Part shown: positions 1 to 7,810 of the stretch, piece by piece | Numbering within the stretch: the first letter of the stretch is position 1 | Layout of the letters: each line of letters opens with the position of its first letter | IMG/VR virus record: IMGVR_UViG_3300017565_000037 | Span: 1 to 31,470 of that record | Strand: one strand, 5' to 3' | DNA from: a virus | Lineage: Duplodnaviria > Caudoviricetes | Length of the DNA stretch: 31,470 bases | Program-made: the position numbers and the translations under genes | The notes under the pieces: model-generated | Told to the model about the DNA's origin: nothing | Database searches by the model: none | The model's input: the letters and a program-made list of their open reading frames with translations, nothing else

Positions 1-341
1 CATCGGTCAATCGGTACTGGCGCAGCGTCAATGGCCGGGTGCTGATCGCCGCGGCTGGGCGGAAGTACCGGACAGACGTAGAGCTGATTGTACTGCTGGC
101 AAAGCTGGTCAGGTTCGGCGCCGAGCCGGTCGTGGTCCGAATCCAGGCTTGGTTCCCGGACGCCCGGCGGCGGGACATCGACAACGTGCTGAAGGCTCCG
201 CTCGATGCGCTGACCCACGCGGGTCTGTGGGACGACGACAGCCAAATCGTGGCGCTATCGATCGAGCGGGCAGGGATGGACCGGGAGCGGCCTAGGCTGG
301 AAATCCACATTGAGGGGAAGAGCGATGAGCAACGTTCGTGA
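1..341 (+). CDS. rusA: RusA-family Holliday junction resolvase (5'-truncated by window)
   Basis: Frame is open from position 3 (SVNRYWR...). Contains RRRDIDNVLKAPLDAL...GLWDDDSQIV, the RusA DxDN/K/DD catalytic motifs. Sits just upstream of Q as in lambdoid nin regions. Confidence 0.9.
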   Translation, partial: SVNRYWRSVNGRVLIAAAGRKYRTDVELIVLLAKLVRFGAEPVVVRIQAWFPDARRRDIDNVLKAPLDALTHAGLWDDDSQIVALSIERAGMDRERPRLEIHIEGKSDEQRS

Positions 342-1035
342 ACTGCTGGCCCGGCTGAATCCGCAAACGGTCAAGATGGACATCGGCCGGGGCGGGGTAG
401 CCGAACTGACCAACCAGGACATCGCGGCGGCGCTGGCCTTCGTAACGCCCGGGCTGGGACGGGAGGTGTTGATCGCGTGCTGGTGGCCGGATGGTGGATA
501 TCTCAGTCGCACGAAGCTGAGGGCGGCCGTACTGGGGCTGGTGCACCCGGAGCTACGTCGGCAGGCGGCGAGGCTCACTGAGGCGCGTACCGATCTCGGG
601 ATAGCTGAGGCCATCATGGGGTGGGGTGGGGCTGTTACAGCCGAGCAGCGTTCGGAGCGGGACAGGGCGCGGGCTCGCTTGGAGCAGGTGGCGGCTCAGG
701 CGTGGCCCAGGAATACCCTACAGAGCCTTCCATCGCTAACCGGCGCGGTGCTGAAGGAGATCGCCACCGCCCATAGGTGCGCAGACTGCGAGGGGAGGGG
801 CGAGATCATCAAGGCCGAGCTGCTAATCAAGTGCCCGAACTGCAAGGGGACAGGGTTGGACCCCAACCCCGACCTTCGCCGAGCCAAGGCCTTGGAGACC
901 GATTCAAGGAACTTCGTCCGCCACTGGAAGCCGGTCTATGAGTGGCTGCTGGGCCGATTCAGGGAGGCGGAACAAGAGGCGGTGAGGCAGCTTTCGGACG
1001 CGCTGGGTCACGACCAAGCGGGGGCTGCCGCATGA
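325..1035 (+). CDS. Late-gene antitermination protein Q-like
   Basis: ATG at 325. Zinc-finger pair CADCEGRG...CPNCKGTG and C-terminal 'RHWKPVYEWL' resemble lambda-type Q. Positioned before a promoter/terminator and the lysis genes. Confidence 0.75.
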   Translation: MSNVRELLARLNPQTVKMDIGRGGVAELTNQDIAAALAFVTPGLGREVLIACWWPDGGYLSRTKLRAAVLGLVHPELRRQAARLTEARTDLGIAEAIMGWGGAVTAEQRSERDRARARLEQVAAQAWPRNTLQSLPSLTGAVLKEIATAHRCADCEGRGEIIKAELLIKCPNCKGTGLDPNPDLRRAKALETDSRNFVRHWKPVYEWLLGRFREAEQEAVRQLSDALGHDQAGAAA

Positions 1036-1532
1036 CCCGTGCTGTTAGAGGGTATGGCCGGAGATCGCTGGAGCCATGTGAGGTTTACGTTCTATTGGCG
1101 CGCGATGGCAACGGGCCCGCCTACGTGAAGATCGGAAGGAGCAACTGCCCTGAGGCGCGCATTCCTTCGGTGCAGACGGGCTGCCCGGTCAGGATCACAT
1201 CGGCCAGGGCGATCAAGTGTTCATCATTGGCAATCGCTAGGGCTATGGAGGAATCCCTACACGAGCACTTGGCATCGTTCAGATGCTCTGGGGAATGGTT
1301 TAGGTTCGACTGGGACGACGATGCGCACCGTTCGCTATTGGACCGAGCTGTTGAGAAGCATCTGGCGGGGATGGGGCTCGAAATTCGAGAGATTGACCTG
1401 GCCTTAGCGGGGAAGGTTAGGTCAAAGCGCGTCAAGGATCGGGTGCAGCAGCGCCGGAAAGTTGCGGAAGACCGGTTCCGGAAAGAGCAAATCGCGGTCT
1501 ACCATCGGTCACCGTCCAGCATTGGGTTTTGA
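1032..1532 (+). CDS. T5orf172/MUG113-type GIY-YIG nuclease-domain protein
   Basis: ATGA overlap with the Q stop. Motifs VYVL...YVKIGRS..PEAR...QTGCP...E..LH..LA.FR..GEWF are typical of T5orf172. Confidence 0.8.
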   Translation: MTRAVRGYGRRSLEPCEVYVLLARDGNGPAYVKIGRSNCPEARIPSVQTGCPVRITSARAIKCSSLAIARAMEESLHEHLASFRCSGEWFRFDWDDDAHRSLLDRAVEKHLAGMGLEIREIDLALAGKVRSKRVKDRVQQRRKVAEDRFRKEQIAVYHRSPSSIGF

Positions 1533-1558
1533 CTGGACCCATTTGGCGACCCTACTCT
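1529..1558 (+). promoter_or_regulatory. Putative late promoter (pR'-like)
   Basis: TTGACT (1529-1534), 18-bp spacer, TACTCT (1553-1558), directly upstream of a terminator and the holin. Confidence 0.55.
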
Positions 1559-1581
1559 ACGCGCGAGCAAAGTTGCCTCCG

Positions 1582-1612
1582 AAGCCCTGGCCTAACCCGC
1601 CGGGGCTTTTTT
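1582..1612 (+). terminator. Intrinsic terminator (tR'-like)
   Basis: Stem AAGCCCTGG/CCGGGGCTT running into a TTTTTT tract, between the putative promoter and the holin. Confidence 0.8.
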
Positions 1613-1636
1613 GTGCCCGACAGGAACAGGGGACCG

Positions 1637-1831
1637 ATGAAAACAGACGTAGGGATGGCGGCTGCCAAGGTCGCCCCGCCGGCCGTTGTGAGCGCCGCTA
1701 CGGCAGTGGGCGGCATGACGCTGGACAAGTGGGTGATGGTGGCCACGCTCGCCTACATCGTCCTGCAGGCCGGCTGGCTGATCCTCAAGGGCATATGGGC
1801 GTGGCAGGACCGGAGGCGGGGTCTCAAGTGA
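1637..1831 (+). CDS. Holin (pinholin-like), 64 aa
   Basis: ATG after AGGGGA. Two hydrophobic segments and a basic C-terminus (DRRRGLK). GTGA overlap with the endolysin start. Confidence 0.8.
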   Translation: MKTDVGMAAAKVAPPAVVSAATAVGGMTLDKWVMVATLAYIVLQAGWLILKGIWAWQDRRRGLK

Positions 1832-2361
1832 ACCCGGTTGTCCGCTATGCCGTCGCCGGCCTGGTGCTGAGCGGCGCCGGCCTTGCGACCTGGAAGATCA
1901 ACGAAGGGTTCACTGAGCGCCCGGTCATCCCGACCAAGGGCGATGTTCCGACCATCGGCCACGGATCGACCCGGTACGAGGACGGCACGCCGGTTCGCAT
2001 GACGGACCCGCCGATCACCCGGGACCGGGCGGCCGAGCTGGCGAGGAACCTGCATTCCGAGGAAGAGGTCCGGTTCCGGGCCAGCCTGCCTGGGGTGCTG
2101 ATGACCCAGGGCGAGTACGACCTGTACGTCGATTTCGTCGGGAACTTCGGCATCGGCAACTGGCGGCAGTCGTCCATGCGGCGGCATCTGCTGGCTGGCC
2201 GGTATCGGGAGGCCTGCGATGCGTTGCTGCTGTACCGGCGAGCCGGCGGCCGTGACTGCTCGCTTCCGACGAGCTGGGGGCCGAAGGGCTGCAAGGGCGT
2301 CTGGACCCGACAACTTGAGCGCCATGCTAAGTGCGTGGCCGAGCAGGGAGAGAGCAAGTGA
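1828..2361 (+). CDS. SAR endolysin, GH24 phage lysozyme
   Basis: N-terminal Gly/Ala-rich weak TM segment (YAVAGLVLSGAGLATW) followed by a T4-lysozyme-type E...D...T triad (NEGF...KGDVPTIGHG). Confidence 0.9.
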   Translation: MNPVVRYAVAGLVLSGAGLATWKINEGFTERPVIPTKGDVPTIGHGSTRYEDGTPVRMTDPPITRDRAAELARNLHSEEEVRFRASLPGVLMTQGEYDLYVDFVGNFGIGNWRQSSMRRHLLAGRYREACDALLLYRRAGGRDCSLPTSWGPKGCKGVWTRQLERHAKCVAEQGESK

Positions 2362-2474
2362 CCGTGACGCAGATAGTCCTGCTGGGCATCGTCGCTTCGT
2401 GCGGGTTGTCGCTGGCCTTCGTGCTGGGCGCCTGGTGGAGCGGGGCGCCGAGAGGGGATGAGGGGGATGAGTGA
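2358..2474 (+). CDS. Small single-TM protein, 38 aa (not in ORF track)
   Basis: GTG overlaps the endolysin stop (GTGA). Translation MTVTQIVLLGIVASCGLSLAFVLGAWWSGAPRGDEGDE*. Confidence 0.55.
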   Translation: MTVTQIVLLGIVASCGLSLAFVLGAWWSGAPRGDEGDE

Positions 2475-2542
2475 TGGCCCTGTTTGGGATTATCTGTGTA
2501 GCCATCGCTGCCTTCCTTTTGTCAGACGTCGATATCTTCTGA
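2474..2542 (+). CDS. Micro-membrane peptide, 22 aa (not in ORF track)
   Basis: TGATG overlap, with AGGGGG SD-like sequence upstream. Translation MALFGIICVAIAAFLLSDVDIF*; stop is 1 nt before the spanin ATG. Confidence 0.45.
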   Translation: MALFGIICVAIAAFLLSDVDIF

Positions 2543-2543
2543 C

Positions 2544-3017
2544 ATGACCCGCATCCTGCTCGCCCTGGTCCTGCTGCTGGGTTCCGCCCTGGGCTGGTCC
2601 CTGTGGTCAAAGAGCCTGTCCGATGCCCGTGCTGTAAAGGCTGAGGCTGCAGTTGAGCAGATGGCCGTGCTGCTTGAGCGGGCGACGGCGATTGTTGAGG
2701 TAGAGCGGGCACGGTCCGCCGAGCTGGCCGCCATTGGCGCCCGATACGAACAGGAGAAACAGGATGCACAGGCTGCTGCTGACCGCGTCATCGCTGATTT
2801 GCGCGCTGGCAATCTCCGGCTGCACCAGCGCTGGCAGGACGCGCTCGCAACCTCCGAGCTGTCCGCAACTACCGCCGCCGCCGTCATCGCTGATGCAAGA
2901 GCCCAGGACCGAGCAGAGAGTGCGGGCCGAATTGTTCGAGCCGCAGCCGAGTGCGACGCCCAGGTCCGAGGGCTCCAAGCCGTCGTCCGAGCAGACAGAG
3001 CCGAGGTGAACCTATGA
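2544..3017 (+). CDS. i-spanin (Rz-like)
   Basis: N-terminal TM anchor, Ala-rich coiled coil, 'ADLRAGNLRL' and 'ECDAQVRGLQ' motifs typical of Rz. Confidence 0.88.
   Translation: MTRILLALVLLLGSALGWSLWSKSLSDARAVKAEAAVEQMAVLLERATAIVEVERARSAELAAIGARYEQEKQDAQAAADRVIADLRAGNLRLHQRWQDALATSELSATTAAAVIADARAQDRAESAGRIVRAAAECDAQVRGLQAVVRADRAEVNL
2764..3009 (+). CDS. o-spanin lipoprotein (Rz1-like), embedded in Rz
   Basis: +1 frame inside Rz. Signal peptide with lipobox (LAISG-C) and Pro-rich mature part (PPSCPQLPPPP). Confidence 0.85.
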   Translation: MHRLLLTASSLICALAISGCTSAGRTRSQPPSCPQLPPPPSSLMQEPRTEQRVRAELFEPQPSATPRSEGSKPSSEQTEPR

Positions 3018-3136
3018 GCAAGCCACGCTACCGCTATCGCAGTGCAATCTCAGGTCGCTGGGTCAAGGCCGCCTACGCCAAGCGCTATCCCAAGCGGACA
3101 GTCCGAGAGAGGATCAAGCCATGCCCACGTGGCTGA
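3014..3136 (+). CDS. Small highly basic protein, 40 aa
   Basis: GAGGTG SD and ATGA overlap with the Rz stop. Translation MSKPRYRYRSAISGRWVKAAYAKRYPKRTVRERIKPCPRG. Confidence 0.6.
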   Translation: MSKPRYRYRSAISGRWVKAAYAKRYPKRTVRERIKPCPRG

Positions 3137-3288
3137 GCGGCAAGTCCATCGCGATCATCAAGACCCAGAACGGTTGGGCTATTGGGCCTGACGCAAAGAC
3201 GCCGATAGAGCAGTGCGTCGTGTTCGAGACCTGGGACGCGCTGGTCGCGTACATGTCGGCAAACTTCGCTGGGCAAGCGCAGGGCTAA
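3121..3288 (+). CDS. Hypothetical protein, 55 aa (not in ORF track)
   Basis: GAGGA SD. Translation MPTWLSGKSIAIIKTQNGWAIGPDAKTPIEQCVVFETWDALVAYMSANFAGQAQG* fills the gap before terS. Confidence 0.6.
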   Translation: MPTWLSGKSIAIIKTQNGWAIGPDAKTPIEQCVVFETWDALVAYMSANFAGQAQG

Positions 3289-3309
3289 TGGCAATCTGCC
3301 ATAAGAGCG

Positions 3310-3585
3310 ATGGCTAAGGGCATAAAGACCGGTGGCGGCTCAAGGAAGGGCAGGCCGAACAAGGACACGAAGGAGTTCCGCGAGACCGTCCGCAAGCTTC
3401 TTGAGGACAACGCCGAGAACGTGGCGCTGTGGCTGGCTGAGGTTGCCGCCAAGGATCCGGACAAGGCGCTGGACAAGCTCGTGAAGCTGGCTGAGTTCGC
3501 CGCGCCCAAGCTGGGTCGAGTTGAGCATGTGGGCAAGGACGGTCAGGACTTGCGCGTAGAGGTGACATTCCGTGGCGCTGGCTGA
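3310..3585 (+). CDS. Terminase small subunit (putative)
   Basis: N-terminal KTGGGSRKGRPNK motif, helical core and C-terminal 'RVEHVGKDG'. Overlaps the terL start. Confidence 0.75.
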   Translation: MAKGIKTGGGSRKGRPNKDTKEFRETVRKLLEDNAENVALWLAEVAAKDPDKALDKLVKLAEFAAPKLGRVEHVGKDGQDLRVEVTFRGAG

Positions 3586-4837
3586 GTTCCCCGACAAGCT
3601 GCGCCCGTTGTTTGAGGCTCACCGCTACAAGGTGGCCCACGGCGGACGAGGCGGGGCAAAGAGTTGGGGGTTCGCACGAGCGTTGCTGATCAAGGGGGCC
3701 GAAAGGCCCCTTCGCATTTTGTGCACTCGTGAAATCCAGAAGTCCATCAAGGACTCGGTGCACAAGCTGCTGGGCGACCAGATTCAGGCGCTGGGCTTGG
3801 GCGCGTTCTACGAGGTGCAGGCGTCGGTCATCAAGGGCGCCAATGGCACGGAGTTCCTCTTCGCCGGCCTATCGGACCTGACGGCCGAGTCGATTAAGTC
3901 CTTCGAGGGCGTGGACATCGTCTGGTGCGAGGAAGCCCAGGCGATCAGCAAGCGGTCGTGGGACATCCTGGTGCCGACGATCCGAAAGGACGGCTCGGAA
4001 ATCTGGATCAGCATGAACCCCGAGCTGGACACGGACGAGACGTGGACGCGGTTCGTTCTGAACCCGCCGCCCGATGCGGTGGTGATCCAGATCAACTACC
4101 CGGACAACCCGTGGTTTCCGGAAGTGTTGGAGAAGGAACGCCAGCACGCGCAGGCAACGATGCCCAAGGCGGACTACGAGAACATTTGGGAAGGCAAGTG
4201 CCGGCCCACGGTAGCGGGTGCGATCTACGCAGACGAGGTGGCGGCGCTCACGTCGTCCGGTCGCTACACCGACGTTGCCTACGACCCGGCGCTCAAGGTC
4301 CATGTCATCTGGGACCTGGGGTGGAACGACGCGATGTCGCTGATCCTCGTGCAGCGGCACCTGTCCACGCTCCGGGTCATCGAGTACTTGGAGGACAGCC
4401 ACAAGACGCTGGACTGGTGGTCGGGCGAGCTACGCAAGCGCAACTACAACTGGGGATCGCTGTGGCTGCCTCACGATGGCACGCACGGCAACATCCAGAC
4501 GGGGCGGACGGCGCAACAGATTCTCGCGGGGCTGAATTGGGACGTGGAGATCACGCCGAACCAGTCTGTCGAGACCGGTATCCGCGCTGCCCGCATGTCG
4601 CTGGGGCAAACCTACATCGACCGGATCAAGGCAGCGCGGCTGCTTGAGTGCCTGAAGCGCTACCGGCGCGGCGTGCCTGTCTCCACTGGCGAGCCCGGTA
4701 GGCCGGTGCATGACGAGTGGAGCCACGGCGCTGACGCGTACCGATACCTGGCGATCAACGCCGAGAAGCTGACGAACGAGGTCTGGGGCGCTGGCAAGGG
4801 CTCACGGATTGAGTACCCCGAACTGAGGTTTGTTTGA
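3572..4837 (+). CDS. terL: Terminase large subunit (PBSX/XtmB-like)
   Basis: Walker A HGGRGGAKS, Walker B VWCEEA, SMNP motif, nuclease WDLGWND and C-terminal SHGADAYRY. Confidence 0.95.
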   Translation: MALAEFPDKLRPLFEAHRYKVAHGGRGGAKSWGFARALLIKGAERPLRILCTREIQKSIKDSVHKLLGDQIQALGLGAFYEVQASVIKGANGTEFLFAGLSDLTAESIKSFEGVDIVWCEEAQAISKRSWDILVPTIRKDGSEIWISMNPELDTDETWTRFVLNPPPDAVVIQINYPDNPWFPEVLEKERQHAQATMPKADYENIWEGKCRPTVAGAIYADEVAALTSSGRYTDVAYDPALKVHVIWDLGWNDAMSLILVQRHLSTLRVIEYLEDSHKTLDWWSGELRKRNYNWGSLWLPHDGTHGNIQTGRTAQQILAGLNWDVEITPNQSVETGIRAARMSLGQTYIDRIKAARLLECLKRYRRGVPVSTGEPGRPVHDEWSHGADAYRYLAINAEKLTNEVWGAGKGSRIEYPELRFV

Positions 4838-5016
4838 TGCGCACTGCACCACACACATCCACGAACCCAGGTAAGCGGGTTCGACTCCGGCTGCGTGATG
4901 GTCGCGCGATAGAGGGCCGTTTCGTGGAGCGCACAGGGAAATTCGTTGTGCTGGACGCAGGACGCTTCCGTGGCAGTGAGATCGAGCGGTTCCACGTATT
5001 GAAGGGCGCGGCATGA
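4837..5016 (+). CDS. Small basic beta-rich protein, Sm/LSm-like by motif
   Basis: TGATG coupling to terL and ATGA coupling to portal. Contains GKRVRLRLRDGRAIEGRF and FRGSEI. Confidence 0.65.
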   Translation: MRTAPHTSTNPGKRVRLRLRDGRAIEGRFVERTGKFVVLDAGRFRGSEIERFHVLKGAA

Positions 5017-7034
5017 AAATGGACGACTCCCAGCTCTGCGCAGCCATTGAGAAGCTGTCGCGGCAGTCTATTGGCGTCGATGACCTGACGGCCGACCAGC
5101 GCCAGAAGGCGATGGAGTACTACCTGGGCGAGGCGAAGGGCGAGCTTGCCCCGCCTGACACGCCTGGGCGGTCCAAGGTGGTGTCCAAGGACCTGATGGA
5201 TACCATCGAATGGGCCATGCCGTCGCTGATGGACATTTTCGCCAGCTCGGACGACATCATCCGGTTCGAGCCGGATGGTCCCGAGGATGAGCAGGCGTGT
5301 TCGGATGCCACGAACTACGTCGGATACCTGATCCACCGCAAGAACGAGGATGGTTTCACCACCGTCCACGACGCAGTGAAGGCCTCGCTGTTGATGCGTG
5401 CGGGCTGGGGCAAGTGCTATGTGGATCGGCGCCAAGAGTACAAAGAAGAGCGCTACAGCGGGCTGAGCCAGGTCGAGGTAGAGGCGCTACGGAACGATCC
5501 TGAGATCGAGATCGTCGAGGAATACATCGAGGGCCAGGTTCCATCGGCTGGCGCTATGGAGGGCGTCCCGCCTGAGCTGCTGGTGACGTACGGCGTGGTG
5601 GCAAAGCGGGTGACGGAGACCATCGAGTTCCGCAACGAGGGCATCCCGGGGGAGGAAATCCGAGTAGCGAAGGACACCCGCGTTCTGTCCGACTGCCGGT
5701 TCATCGAGCATCGGCGGACTGTCACGTTGTCGTACCTGCGGGAAATGGGCTACGACGGCGATAAGATCGACGGACTTGCCGCTGACGATGAGCTGGACCT
5801 GTCGGGTGACGAGGCATCCAGGCACTCCTACGATGGCACCGAGCCGGGCGGCGACGACGAGCCGGACGAGTCGCAGCGTGAGGTCGAGCTGTCCGAGTCG
5901 TATCTGCGCATCGACTTCGACGGCGACGGGCGGTCGGAGTACCGGCGCGTGGTCAAGGCCCACAACGTCATCTTCGAGAACGATGTGGTGGACGACCATC
6001 CGTTCTGGCTGATGACGCCGATCCTGATGCCTTACAAGGTGGTCGGCCTGGGGTTCTGGGATTTGGTCGAGGATTTGCAGCGGATCAAGACCTCGCTGTC
6101 CCGCCAGGTGCTGGACAACGTGTATCTGTCGAACAACCCGAGGACCGAGGTTGTTGTTGGCAAGGTGGACCTGGACGACGTGCTGTCCCCGCGCCCTGGC
6201 GGACTGGTTCGGGTGAAAGAGCCGGGCATGGTCCGCGAGGTCGCGGTGCCTTTCGTGGCCGGCGCTGGCCTTGAGCTGATCAACCAGATCGACCAGATCC
6301 GCGACACCCGGACCGGCGTCACCGAGATGAACTCGGCGGTGAATGCTGAGTCGCTGTCGAAGGGTAGCGTGGGCAGCGAGGGCGTCCAGGCGCTCATGAA
6401 CGCCGGCGCCCAGCGCCTGCGCCTGATTGCCCGCGTGTTGGCCGAGACCGGCTTCAAGCGCATGTACTACCTGATGTTGAAGAACGTCACCCAGCATCAG
6501 GATCGCGTGCAGCAGGTGAAGATCAACGGCCGGTGGCTGTCGGTCGATCCGCGCGAGTGGAAGAACCGCTACAACATGAGTGTGTCGGTGGGTGTGGGCA
6601 CGTTCGGTCGGCAGCAGCAGGTGGCCAACCTGACCCTCATCGGGCAGGCCCAGGAGCGCGTGATCCCGCTGGGTCTGGCGACTCCGGCCAACGTGTACCA
6701 GACGGTCACCCGCATGGCCGAGGCGATGGGCTATCGCGATGCAGACCAGTTCTTCACTGCGCCGCAGCAGGGCCAGCAGCCCCAGGGTGGGCAGCAGGAG
6801 GGATCGCCCGAGGCGCAGGCGATCATCGCGGCCGAGCAGATCAAGGCTCAGGCGTCGCTCCAGCGCGGCCAGATGGACAACGAAACGAAGCTCGTCATTG
6901 AGCGCGAGAAAATCGCCAGCCAAGAGCGCGTCGCAATGTTTGAGGCTCGCGAGAAGCTGGCACTTGAGCAGCAAAAACTCATCGCGCAGGCCAATCGGCC
7001 GCAGAACCCGCCACCTGAAGGGATGGCCGAATGA
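5013..7034 (+). CDS. Portal protein (P22-like size, 673 aa)
   Basis: Follows terminase. Motifs 'AMEYYLG', 'GRSKVVS', 'DLQRIKT', 'TRTGV' and a Gln-rich coiled-coil C-terminal barrel. Confidence 0.9.
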   Translation: MKMDDSQLCAAIEKLSRQSIGVDDLTADQRQKAMEYYLGEAKGELAPPDTPGRSKVVSKDLMDTIEWAMPSLMDIFASSDDIIRFEPDGPEDEQACSDATNYVGYLIHRKNEDGFTTVHDAVKASLLMRAGWGKCYVDRRQEYKEERYSGLSQVEVEALRNDPEIEIVEEYIEGQVPSAGAMEGVPPELLVTYGVVAKRVTETIEFRNEGIPGEEIRVAKDTRVLSDCRFIEHRRTVTLSYLREMGYDGDKIDGLAADDELDLSGDEASRHSYDGTEPGGDDEPDESQREVELSESYLRIDFDGDGRSEYRRVVKAHNVIFENDVVDDHPFWLMTPILMPYKVVGLGFWDLVEDLQRIKTSLSRQVLDNVYLSNNPRTEVVVGKVDLDDVLSPRPGGLVRVKEPGMVREVAVPFVAGAGLELINQIDQIRDTRTGVTEMNSAVNAESLSKGSVGSEGVQALMNAGAQRLRLIARVLAETGFKRMYYLMLKNVTQHQDRVQQVKINGRWLSVDPREWKNRYNMSVSVGVGTFGRQQQVANLTLIGQAQERVIPLGLATPANVYQTVTRMAEAMGYRDADQFFTAPQQGQQPQGGQQEGSPEAQAIIAAEQIKAQASLQRGQMDNETKLVIEREKIASQERVAMFEAREKLALEQQKLIAQANRPQNPPPEGMAE

Positions 7035-7324
7035 CCCCCGAAGAAGAGTCCCGCCGAGGCGATGAGGCTGCACGTCTGTTGCAGCACCCGTTGCTGATCG
7101 AGGCATTTGAACTGATCGAACAGGAGTACACCGAACAATGGAAGAACAGCCCCGCAAGAGACGAGGACGGCCGCCAAAGCATTTGGCTCGCCCTCAAGAA
7201 CCTGCACAAGGTCAAGGGCCATCTGGAATACACGATGGAGACGGGCAAGGTGGCGAAAGCCAGCCTGCTGCAACAAGCAGCGGAAGCTGCCCGCAATCTT
7301 GGTCGGAAGTTCTCGTCCGACTGA
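7031..7324 (+). CDS. Hypothetical head-module protein
   Basis: ATGA overlap with portal. Helical 97-aa protein of the kind commonly found between portal and scaffold. Confidence 0.75.
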   Translation: MTPEEESRRGDEAARLLQHPLLIEAFELIEQEYTEQWKNSPARDEDGRQSIWLALKNLHKVKGHLEYTMETGKVAKASLLQQAAEAARNLGRKFSSD

Positions 7325-7479
7325 CCGAGCTGGCCGATGCTGGCCACATGATTTGCAGAGTAACAGTGCCTTTCGAGGGTGCGCCGGCACTGTGGAGTAC
7401 CAACCGATTCGGTGCGCCCGTCATCCACGGTGACCGGTACGAGATTGTCCTCTCGGACGGCACCCGCCTAGGAGCCTGA
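7138..7479 (+). CDS. Overlapping ORF with AT-hook-like motif
   Basis: Begins MEEQPRKRRGRPPK, AGGAG upstream. Covers the otherwise empty 7325-7479 and stops 1 nt before the next ATG. Confidence 0.45.
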   Translation: MEEQPRKRRGRPPKHLARPQEPAQGQGPSGIHDGDGQGGESQPAATSSGSCPQSWSEVLVRLTELADAGHMICRVTVPFEGAPALWSTNRFGAPVIHGDRYEIVLSDGTRLGA

Positions 7480-7480
7480 A

Positions 7481-7717
7481 ATGACCTCCCCCGCAAATGT
7501 ACTGGTGGTTGTACCCAACACGGAAGGCAAGCTGCCGACCGGCTACGCCACGTTGCTGAACCCGGATAAGACGCCGTTCGCGCCGTTGCAGGCCGAGAAA
7601 GCGGCCTTCGTTGCCGACGCTGACGACACCAACGAAGCGTCCCTCGCGGCATCCATTGACGCCATCCGCGACGCCCTGGTGGCCGCCGGCCTGATGGAAG
7701 CCGACGAGGAAGAGTAA
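7481..7717 (+). CDS. Small acidic protein, possible head decoration/fibre
   Basis: AGGAG SD. C-terminal 'ASIDAIRDALVAAGLM' helix resembles head-fibre C-termini. Confidence 0.6.
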   Translation: MTSPANVLVVVPNTEGKLPTGYATLLNPDKTPFAPLQAEKAAFVADADDTNEASLAASIDAIRDALVAAGLMEADEEE

Positions 7718-7770
7718 CCGCACCACACAACCTGACACGCGGGAAGGCATCAGCCTCAACCCGCTCACCG

Positions 7771-7794
7771 AAGCCCGCGAAAGCGGGCTTTTTT
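7771..7794 (+). terminator. Intrinsic terminator upstream of scaffold gene
   Basis: AAGCCCGC-GAAA-GCGGGCTT followed by TTTT. Confidence 0.85.
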
Positions 7795-7810
7795 ATTGGG
7801 AGAAGGAAAA

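Noticed and set aside
5487-7157. 556-aa antisense ORF (and similar long shadow ORFs, e.g. 1753..2769, 10553..11518)
   Set aside because: Mirror-frame ORFs expected opposite GC-rich genes with biased codon use; no motifs or expression signals.
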